Source of the DNA: Chrysochromulina tobinii
Lineage: Eukaryota
Assembly: GCA_001275005.1 (NCBI GenBank)
Contig: JWZX01003391.1
Coordinates: 1 to 64,000, forward strand
Length of the DNA: 64,000 nt
Direction: 5' to 3'
Below, piece by piece: positions 58,401 through 64,000 of the stretch (its first letter is position 1; the number at the start of each line of letters is the position of its first letter). A model generated the notes under the pieces. That model did not search any database. It was not told the origin of the DNA and saw only the letters and a list, made by a program, of their open reading frames with translations. The position numbers and the translations under genes were made by a program.

Positions 58401-59057
58401 GAGGAGGATGAGCGCAGGGCGGTGGCAGTGGCTTCACATCAGTCAGTCGATGGGCGCTCGGGCAATGTGGCAGGTTCAACCAGCAATCATGCCGGACGTT
58501 CTATTCATGTACCCGTCGCCAGAGATCCGGGCTTTGCGCCATCATCATCATCACAGCAGGTGCCGCGGCTGAGGGACGCAGCACTAGGTGATGTTGCATG
58601 GCAAATGGCGCAAGCGGAGCTGGACGCCGCTCGTCTTCTGCACGGCCACCAGATGTGGGCGCAGAGCGTCTTTCACTCTCACCAGGCAGCCGAGCAGGTG
58701 ATCAAGGCGGCAATGTTGCGAACTTGTGGCGTGACTGGAGACGAGTTCCGAGGAACGGGAGGGCACGCTCTGGACTCCCTGCTTAGAATGACCGGACTCG
58801 TCTCACCGGTGCAGCCTGATGAACTCGCTCTGCTCTCCCAGGCATATCTCGGTGCTCGTTACCCACCGTTCCCCCCGCGTGGAGCTCCGACTGTGCCGTT
58901 GGCCATGTATGGTGCGGTTGACGCCGAGAACGCTCTGGAGGTTGCAAAAAAGCTCATCGAATGGGGCCGTTGCACCGCACAGGTTGAGGCATCGCTTACA
59001 GCACAATGCGCCGTGCCTCAGCGAGTATGTGACGACAATGTGGTGCTGCTGTTGTGA
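49419..59057 (+). CDS. Sacsin-like protein (2 GHKL/Hsp90-like sacsin repeats, UVR motif, J-like domain, HEPN), intronless, ~3210 aa
   Basis: Repeat 1: LSEALQNAEDGGA..IGAYGMGSRSYFHYSD..MFRLPLR, GLPLHINGSF. Repeat 2: EHYQNCDDAGA..FGRFGLGLNAMYHLSD..TIFRLPLR, LVVHGCFAL. RRLYLTWHPDK; C-terminal FHSHQAAEQVIKA..HAL..YLGARYP. Confidence 0.92.
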   Translation: MTKFRLKAPIKPQLLHILEDYPGGQLLSEALQNAEDGGASEFALVLDQRTVRGISPELGGPAFVLIDNGSGFGDKAWESLQNLHQSEKRDSPSSIGAYGMGSRSYFHYSDVTLVVSCGEYVGLDPLEVVSSHERKGEQGWKVNIASPDGHVEQQIAREAQSLFTHELAELCRGFDVISCGAMFRLPLRRDEDVAREERTNTGVLGPAMPLERAESLMHGWAASAPRLLLFLTKVRRISIWRWRADAPGPDLIAAAQRQTGQAQVPFERIPHSLGEGQAASYVALRECIRNLSAEERAELSKMHADIVHIEDGAGHPGMSWLVVQRFDVETRELLAALEDGCNAVPVVGLALPLSVTDGSQIEGVPFCFLPVGSMRTGLPLHINGSFHPTPNRRDLWLPAAELDGGHEKKAKWNDVLMRHAVPRLWQDALVSLTDPAWKDARELDAIPSDLLLSLLPNLDAVHDKWLVVAQNLYKRLGDVAILPHAREPRWVKPKEALAFRTHTEDLATHTSRLIDLYKRCHPNIFDETLKLGAKFVVDLPAHVQQGSVNYSCLSETGIERVIFAVIKADHEVWRAPHVTEEAILANYSAKQLKALATHHGTQLDDGALEKREMAAQMISQSNLGRAANVLQPILMALLPYAAAHFSPTSHPDWRELLSGVKWVPTAANQLVDLASAFAPLPEIDEWGLSVVQRNRAVLECEAGGVRVAIEWGLKKHLTAADCLFEAQRVADENLMEMDDRIDWARRLIRYLSHLHAAGSVTFTRSEIIELNKIAFHPAHAPCAQVAISWADGADFPRGGLCLRAAESLFAERDAPIVWACAAYAPTGVIAPVFNYSAVSPLVLTGQIQRIASLDPTGSHIEALAEHLLKAVRELSSLLPRSTANRDPSVDALLAQLSEMIWVPAMSAESGSRLRLFQPNRVAAKMTRSLWPRFGRLPDSWGREPNVWQVLEQVGAGHRISVDMLARELASIAADHPVRKVSAVVAQRNETRLAELQAELKEAVEAEDYAKAAELKPQIKELKATIDAATEAAVGGLSEDSLELSINLASELAELGSNRVGLGVEVHVPTASGNLLPASQVFINDAPWHAQDTDTHELLNARISPSHGRVLGCSSVREQLARQCEDMGIEGEDFSQQEDLAQRIEGLLRKYDDEKDIFVEHYQNCDDAGADEVFFLLDQQSYGTDRLLTPESAALQGPSLILASSKPLTRDDLNRIKQLGSSKKRADFCKFGRFGLGLNAMYHLSDTIQIFARDLSLVILDPLDRIKIGNGGKAFTPHGLANRFPDMLAGFQNFPDGYPTIFRLPLRNAPSDFGQKWNAHNTYQLLKRFAGTQVQELLLFAKSVGKVTCGVRDTVGHITVLSEVARELQASRFMSRLPSTLDDVKALERTPDEGLERVKIERRTGSGLAVEEMHWLIAHSLSVDATGIQLIVDAFTRKTKPTALLPHGAVALRLNAAPEYTGNVSAYLPIGMALGSPLVVHGCFALDDSRKQIPLPDGKDRIDGQNDRKWNLTLLNGPCMRSYVTIVVECCKLVDRKQMSVDAYFGILGLDSESAEAAASGAVRAALRAAVWSTLCASSIKFMPVVSPADKSAIAWKANAPDTVLRTQGLDELLQDELIHDGLMLVELDDRLRTYLDDVQHAGSAQPLTPRGLCVFLSAEQRRRSPELLRSLSSIKRAIDLLHFVLPAQLSAQEAPIAPPVCIDFLVGTPLLLLQDESIAEFGDGTVRFWNDAAPLLPHAPHLLLHENVSVALRTISRSVECVKTACASLGIRNLVSADLLEEHAVIHGQKLNENDKWLVAFWALLASEISQKINTRLLDKFSDWRVLRVAPLANEEGPQHVPLDSMGNTFRLDSIDTQWHSDVMEWLRAMRVRVPIFANYPMQLPAGDEHLANVLKHGLEHLTAKMREAVLKYFASRRQNSSHVLATIRRMPLFLKACPTSSEGTRVTASSDDRGEKDRFVSIDRPDVSYYTLFDVKEQKHKHAGNLAALGLIDCCFLSLPPTGEVRDFYYKCFGIENLSTLDFVTTILPSKLSDLLASEAMSAALIHEFCSWITEEDDTMSKRVIDALVDICFVPCRDGHRRKPKDLTDPTLAVAIQFEDVLGSVLPTREVAQRYLKALQKLGMRDHLKPDSLFACAQHLESSVRRSMPLTDTAPLADSHIWQSFHLVEALAKNIRHSLNRSDEKKRHIPARVNDAMRMQIFLADGPPSRELLLEHVALLANDKERPAQAMRIISCANSLLTSKGALPWACMPVLAQARVFAQYPRKIDKIGEISELDQLAEKHKELVESKFGIFSSPPDTAMIQHLEWLASAINQEPMRGRFYHYKQTRTIGLDDIPNVLHVSESNLFSEVMSILDALNRKLEAVRAYRVSVEAPQLQVNAQKLQAISRIPCIPLLPSDSLHTQSSDAERPSVWNQVVNMVEPAKLFWTLPEGTECQEQFSAATHYTLSYKRPLLTQLGVRQAPAIEDWAQATRETYERVLQEEDQIMLPSDVALIEAAVKGIHDCEMKSSMGNAPQANVQSDTTPLEIFLIDDAEGDQKRIHASSSMVWADEPKLKRRCGPSMRARGWHFVSAELTRGKAGCTLASRTKMHMLSDLVVETIASATVEVALDDVNDFDRRLGILLRSEEFAYACVLLSSHGEQEYPRVRQKLSNLIIKWATELHSVVKMKEDHAEIEESGRLIDTFIQDGVLWLRVGKLGGEGSDSFLRDIASSIMTIVTLGHLKGLVDLISKCWNGGPTEVQNCLEELNVREMTHSLNFEVGQLVPENMMRFCDQSLYSRFIFCEIVAIDSFESEWASNAQSGPRMTYAEYRGIVEDSGSGGQLARKYYLWEGGMAEDGRETLEVRPHVQVYKISRRRAQPPQLPHLQHDISDATQLQRSLAGVPTTATEAAATDDFSDLFDTLHQMLTMEKVAQRAYVRRLYLTWHPDKCEKPHAPRVFEYVRRFANLAQAGKEDELRAFVTSLTPDVEMQVLHQGYEERQEHSWFDEFREEDERRAVAVASHQSVDGRSGNVAGSTSNHAGRSIHVPVARDPGFAPSSSSQQVPRLRDAALGDVAWQMAQAELDAARLLHGHQMWAQSVFHSHQAAEQVIKAAMLRTCGVTGDEFRGTGGHALDSLLRMTGLVSPVQPDELALLSQAYLGARYPPFPPRGAPTVPLAMYGAVDAENALEVAKKLIEWGRCTAQVEASLTAQCAVPQRVCDDNVVLLL

Positions 59058-59699
59058 GCCCGGCGATCGGTACACCCGCATGTACTAAGAACTAAGCGTA
59101 GTGCGATTGTGGAGAAATTGGTGTGCATGCATGGCTGCTGAAAACGCTGTAAATCGATGTCATTGAATCGGCCAAAAAGCAAAATTGAACGCCGCCCTCG
59201 AGGACATGCCGGGAGGTACTGCGGCCACCCGGCCGGTCCCGACCGGGCTCGGCGAATTCCTCCGACCGGTGGGTTCTGAAGCGCGATAGCGCTAGATTGG
59301 TTCGGTTGTCTTCAGGGGCTTCAACAACAACGTTAAGGGCGGCAGACGCAACAGCTCGACGTGAGCATGGACGTGAGCTAGTGCTAGATGCGCCGGCGGG
59401 CGGGGGGGTTAGAGGATTCAAACCAATGACCGCACGACACCGCTCGACCGCCTTTACCGCCGTCTCTCGGCGCCTCACACCACAGGGACTCAGAGCTCGG
59501 CCCCACAAGACCAGCTCTCGGGGCTGAAGACTGACGGGCCTGTAGAGCCGGCTGAACACTGAACGGCTGAACGCTGAACGCTGAACGCTTCTAGCGGTGA
59601 AACGCAATATAATCTGCATTTCGACCGGGTGCTCTCAATGCCAGCTTGGTAGAGAGAGTGGGCGGCGTACCGCGTTAAGCTTCAGCGTTCACGGTCTGT

Positions 59700-59738
59700 C
59701 GAGGTGTGAACGTGAATGTATTTCACGTTCGCACCTCG
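59700..59738. promoter_or_regulatory. 17-bp inverted repeat (one mismatch, 5-nt spacer) just upstream of the CDT1 start
   Basis: CGAGGTGTGAACGTGAA-TGTAT-TTCACGTTCGCACCTCG; regulatory role inferred only from position. Confidence 0.45.
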
Positions 59739-59749
59739 CGCCATTTTCA

Positions 59750-61249
59750 ATGTTGCCCACCGCCATGGCCGCTGCCGACAGGAAGCGCAAGGCCGCTGCC
59801 GCCGACGACGACGACGCGCCGGCGCCGGCTGCAAAGTGCCCCGCGCTCGTCGGTCGGCGCCCCGCGCTCGTCAATCGGCCTGCAATCGCCCCACATCCGA
59901 ATCCGAGTGGCAAGACCGCAGGTCCGCGCATGCACGGAGGCTCCGCGCGTGGTCGGCTCATGCTCTCCAGCATTGGAGCGGTCGCACCTCCGACGAGCGT
60001 GGCGCCAGCGCCGATGTCAGCGGTTAGGCAGATCACCGGGGCCACCTCTGGCATCTCCGCCGCCGGTTCATCCGCGGCGCCACCCGCAGCGCCATCACGT
60101 GCGACGCCATCCAAGCCACTGCCAGAAAGGTGTCAGCGCGTGCTCGACACCTTCATCGCAATCGAATCGGCGCTTCCGCTGCTACGCAAGCGCGACGTGC
60201 CGCCGCTCTACGGGATGCTCCGCAAGCCTGTCGAGGACCTGACGGGGTTCGAATTCCCGCCGGAGCTGCTCGCAGGCCTCGTTCATGCGTGCCCGACCGC
60301 CTTCCGCGTGAGCGCTCGCGACGTCGCGCTGACCGAAGAGCGGCTGCGCTTGAGCGCGACGCCCCGCCAAAAGGTCGACTGGCTCATCGAGCAGACCGCC
60401 GCACCCACCGCGCCACCGCCCGTTCCTTCAGCCGACGGCCACGCCAAGGGCGATCCTGAGGCCATGGCGGGAGATGATGCCCCCACGCTCCTCCCCATGG
60501 CGCCGCCGCTGGCCCCGCCAAAGGCAGCGGCGCCGATGCCGTCGCGTGTGCAGGTCGCCCAGTGGCGCCAGGCGCAGCGGGCGGAGCTCGTCGCCGTCCT
60601 CGAGGCGCACTCCGCCCAGCATGGCGACGCGCCGCTGCCATTGGCTGCGCTGCCTCCACTCGAGACTCCGAAGACGAAGGCGGAGGCCAAGGCCAAGGCG
60701 GAGGCGGAGGGCTGGGCGCGTGCCGAGACGGCCGGCCCCGAGCGAGGCGTGCTCCCTGCGGGCGCGGTAGCGGGGGCGGCGGCGGGCGCGCCGGCGGGCG
60801 GCGCGGGCGCGGGCCCGACAGCGCCTGACGCGCCGATGCCGCTGGCGGTGCCCGTCGGGTGTGAAGGGCTGCCGGCGGAACTGCTGCGCAGAGTGATGCA
60901 GCGACAGGCGGAGGCGCGCGTGCTCGTCGAGACGCAGCCCAAGCTGCAGCGTGCCGCTCTCCTCAAGCGGCTACCCGAAATGGCCATGGCGACGCGCGAG
61001 TGCATGTTCGAGGCACGCCGCCGGCTGATGCCGCAGCCGGATCTGGTGCGTCGCCTGCTGCAGAACGCCAAGTGGATCTCGAGCACCGCCGAGCTCGAGG
61101 CGCAGCTGCAGCTGCTCACGGAGATCGTGCCCCAGTGGATCAGCCTCGTGCGTCTCGGCGACGATGAGGATCTGACCGTGAGGCTGGACGAGGACGTCAG
61201 CTTCAGCGAGGTGCAGCAGGCCATCAAGGCAGCGCGCACTTCCGTTTGA
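59750..61249 (+). CDS. CDT1: DNA replication licensing factor CDT1-like
   Basis: Geminin-binding-like domain (LDTFIAIESAL..LRKPVEDLTGFEFPPELLAGL) and C-terminal MCM-binding-like domain (LKRLPEM..ELEAQLQLLTEIVPQWI). Confidence 0.8.
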   Translation: MLPTAMAAADRKRKAAAADDDDAPAPAAKCPALVGRRPALVNRPAIAPHPNPSGKTAGPRMHGGSARGRLMLSSIGAVAPPTSVAPAPMSAVRQITGATSGISAAGSSAAPPAAPSRATPSKPLPERCQRVLDTFIAIESALPLLRKRDVPPLYGMLRKPVEDLTGFEFPPELLAGLVHACPTAFRVSARDVALTEERLRLSATPRQKVDWLIEQTAAPTAPPPVPSADGHAKGDPEAMAGDDAPTLLPMAPPLAPPKAAAPMPSRVQVAQWRQAQRAELVAVLEAHSAQHGDAPLPLAALPPLETPKTKAEAKAKAEAEGWARAETAGPERGVLPAGAVAGAAAGAPAGGAGAGPTAPDAPMPLAVPVGCEGLPAELLRRVMQRQAEARVLVETQPKLQRAALLKRLPEMAMATRECMFEARRRLMPQPDLVRRLLQNAKWISSTAELEAQLQLLTEIVPQWISLVRLGDDEDLTVRLDEDVSFSEVQQAIKAARTSV

Positions 61250-61394
61250 GTGTCCGTTTCTAAGGAGCTTCCCGTCTCGACTGTGACCGAAATTCCCATT
61301 TAGGCATCCAACCGAAAACGGTCCCTCAGTCTTTTCGCGCAACTTGCCAAAACCCGCACGAAGGCTCACGCGCTGACCGCCGACGACGAGTCTC

Positions 61395-62306
61395 ATGCCC
61401 ACACCCGCGCAGCTCGAAATCGCCCTGAACGCGGAGCTCATGATTGATTACGAGTGCTTCGCACCGATCACCCCTGGGCGCCCGCCATCTCCGTGGGAGC
61501 TCGACGATGCGAGCGAAAAGGAGAGCTCCACGCCATCGATGTCCGAGACCGACACAGTGATCGGTGACAAGGAGGACACGTTCATGCCGGCGCCGCCGCC
61601 GCCACGCGAGAGCGTGAGCGTGCCCGCATCGTTTCCGCGTCGGAACTTCCGACTCGCGAGCGCGCGGCCTGCCAACTCGCTTCCGACCTCGCTCGATGGC
61701 TCACGCAATGGCTCGCTCACGGCCTCTGCACTGCCCTCGCGCAACGGCTCACCCGCGTGGCGCCGGCCAACGTCGGTATGGGGCCGGATGAATTCTGGGC
61801 GCACTGAGCAGCCAAAGCTGTACACCGGTCGCGAGGCATATGGCGCGAAAGAGGAGCGGATGACGACGTACCTCGGACAGTACGGCCACCTGCACTACGA
61901 CGTACGCGTGAGCAAGACGGGTTCGCCACGCGGCCGAACCAGGTGCACGCCGAGTTTCAATCTCACGGCGCCCCACTCTGCCCGCGAGAAGGCGTACGAG
62001 GGCAAGGAGCATATGAAGGCGGGTCAATATGGCCCCGGCATGTACGACATCCGCTGCTTTAAGACTGGCTCGCCCACGGGCAAGGCCAAGGGCACACCGC
62101 GCTTTGGCAACGGCGCACGGTTCGACCGCGAAAAGTGCTATGAGGGGCGGTGGCTCGACAACAACTTCGGCAAGGAGGGTGCCTCGGGCCTCAATCCGCC
62201 CATGTGCTCGAACCGGGGCTCGCCGCTGTGGAAGGGGTACCGGCCGAGCGCGGCCTTCGCCCAGCCCCATGTGCCACGCGTGCGGCCGCACGAGCGGGTC
62301 GCTTAG
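61395..62306 (+). CDS. Hypothetical protein with PGP/SHIPPO-like repeats (possible ciliary protein)
   Basis: Three repeats of the type REKAYEG..GQYGPGMYD..KTGSP..TPxF. Confidence 0.5.
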   Translation: MPTPAQLEIALNAELMIDYECFAPITPGRPPSPWELDDASEKESSTPSMSETDTVIGDKEDTFMPAPPPPRESVSVPASFPRRNFRLASARPANSLPTSLDGSRNGSLTASALPSRNGSPAWRRPTSVWGRMNSGRTEQPKLYTGREAYGAKEERMTTYLGQYGHLHYDVRVSKTGSPRGRTRCTPSFNLTAPHSAREKAYEGKEHMKAGQYGPGMYDIRCFKTGSPTGKAKGTPRFGNGARFDREKCYEGRWLDNNFGKEGASGLNPPMCSNRGSPLWKGYRPSAAFAQPHVPRVRPHERVA

Positions 62307-62681
62307 GCACGCTGAGTAAGGACGCCGAACACATGCATGCACATGTGTGCAGCACTGCTCCATTGCTGGTATTGATAGATAAGTAGTGATGTCTGGTGTG
62401 GATTTGTGATCGAGTGAGTCGATGAGCTGGGTTTTCGCTTAGGATGGTGTGTGTGTCTGCTGTCGATCTTACTATTGAGTGCGTGAAGAATTCATTAGAA
62501 ACACTCCTGCACACCAACGCAACCTATGCGTTCACTCCACGTGCGTGTAAGGGGGTTAAAAGACACTGGAGGGAGCCGGGACACACACGTGTAAGGGGGT
62601 AGGTCATCGACTTCTTAGAAAGAAGCCATACCTACCAGACCCACCCCCCAGCGTGTGGTTTCGCTCCTGGTGGAGACTTTG

Positions 62682-63758
62682 ATGCTCCGCGCCGCCGAGA
62701 GTCCTTGGTGGATCGTGCTCGCTGGCGACTCGACTCAGCGCCAGCTCTATGAGGCTCTCGCCCATCCTCTCCAACATCTCCTGGGAGTCAAGCGATACGC
62801 CCTTCGCCAACTTGGTGTGCCGACGCTCGCCGGCGCTCCAGTCTTTGACAATGATCACCACAAGGATATGGACACGCTGGTCGGGGAGAAGCTCACGGTC
62901 TCCCTTCGCTTCCTGCGAGGTCTCGATCTGGCCAAACTTGAGCTGCACGCGCGCGACTGGAGGCAACGGTACTTTTATCCCGACATGGCAAACGGCTGGG
63001 AAACGCCTCTCAAGCTCCTGCCGCTGACGATGCGTACAGTGCTTGAGGCGGACCCCTTTGACGAGCGGATGGCAGCTTCCCGCACGCCGGATGTGATTAT
63101 CTTGCACTCCTGCGTGTGGGATACGCCCATGGTCAACCGCTCGCGCTCGCATAACCCCCAAATGGACAGCGGCCGTACTTGTCCCTCATTGGTCCCTCAA
63201 TGGGCTCAAGTCCGCACGAGGAACAGGACGTATGTCGCCATGCTGGGCAGACGCGACGGACTCAGTGCGGCCGAGCAACAGCTGGCCATGCCGCTGGTGC
63301 CAGCGCGCGTGGCGGCCTCGCCGTGCGTGCAACGAGCTAGCACTGCTACGCTGGACGACCAGATCTACGCTGACTTCGGCGACAGATTGCATGCGGCGGT
63401 GGACTTGATTCGGAGCCAAAGCAACACGAGCCGGCTGATCTTGCGCACCTGCTGCCCAGGCACGAATACAGGCACCAGCGTCGAGGCGCAGAAGGAGCTG
63501 CAGCTTCAACGCATGAACGAGATCATCGAACAGGTCGCTCGATCTCAACGCGTAGAGTTGCTGGACATCTTCCATCTCGAGCAGTGGGCCTCGAAAGCAG
63601 CCGGGGGGGCGTCCAACAATAAAACCAATGGCGCCGACAAGTTCCACATGCCATCGAGCATGCTCGAAGAAGCAGCCGCGGCCGCGGCGTACCAGCTGGT
63701 CTACGGTGGTGGTCACCCAGCGAAGAATGAGCTCCGCGCGGGGAACCACACTGCGTAG
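62682..63758 (+). CDS. SGNH/PC-esterase-like protein
   Basis: WIVLAGDSTQRQLY, DVIILHSCVWD, LILRT, VELLDIF, DKFH (DxxH); start uncertain. Confidence 0.7.
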   Translation: MLRAAESPWWIVLAGDSTQRQLYEALAHPLQHLLGVKRYALRQLGVPTLAGAPVFDNDHHKDMDTLVGEKLTVSLRFLRGLDLAKLELHARDWRQRYFYPDMANGWETPLKLLPLTMRTVLEADPFDERMAASRTPDVIILHSCVWDTPMVNRSRSHNPQMDSGRTCPSLVPQWAQVRTRNRTYVAMLGRRDGLSAAEQQLAMPLVPARVAASPCVQRASTATLDDQIYADFGDRLHAAVDLIRSQSNTSRLILRTCCPGTNTGTSVEAQKELQLQRMNEIIEQVARSQRVELLDIFHLEQWASKAAGGASNNKTNGADKFHMPSSMLEEAAAAAAYQLVYGGGHPAKNELRAGNHTA

Positions 63759-64000
63759 TAAATCAAATCAAGCCGTCTGAGCGAGTCTTTAGCGCAAGTT
63801 TATTCACACCCGGGTGCGCGGTGTGAAGAGTTTTCCGGCAATGCGACGGGGACACAGCGAGTACAGTCATCCTTCTGGCTGGCACTTTGAGGCGTCCACG
63901 CTGCCCATCAGCGGCGCGCCGCAGCTGCTCGCGCTCGCGCGAGGCCTCGCCGACCCGTACGCTCCTGGTGAGGCAGCGGTGCATCCGTTCTGCGTCCACG

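Noticed and set aside
63763..64000. 3' end of a minus-strand gene at the window edge
   Set aside because: Too short to fix the frame or product.
1..64000. tRNA, rRNA, transposase, integrase or viral hallmark genes
   Set aside because: None recognised by eye; a covariance-model or HMM scan could still find small RNAs.

Overview
Gene-dense, GC-rich eukaryotic nuclear DNA with short GT-AG introns. Bipartite plastid-targeting leaders, flagellar-type coiled-coil genes and (CCCTAA)n suggest a flagellated alga with a secondary plastid, probably a haptophyte (inference only). About 27 protein-coding genes are supported. They include a Furry/TAO3-like scaffold, ACBP-ankyrin, aldo-keto reductase, TTC1-like TPR, methylthioribose kinase, MFS transporter, Rid-family deaminase, serine dehydratase, a double 2OG-dioxygenase/ankyrin protein, bZIP, an OPR-like protein, a 3.2-kaa intronless sacsin, CDT1 and an SGNH esterase. 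I saw no rRNA, tRNA, CRISPR array or transposase. Five observations stand out. (1) Unrelated genes carry a family of sequence-related introns built from tandem branch-point-like (CTRAY) repeats, several with direct repeats at their junctions; one contains a telomere-repeat tract and copies of its own exon junction. (2) Removing two such introns reveals a ~1460-aa SET-rhodanese-methyltransferase-phosphatase-like-prolyl hydroxylase fusion. (3) The sacsin gene is bracketed by a 21-bp direct repeat and carries a UVR insertion. (4) There is a bacterial-looking HhH-glycosylase-like orphan. (5) A three-exon gene is missed by the ORF track. Five genes have single frameshifts that may be assembly errors. 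All family calls come from motif recognition by eye, not database searches.
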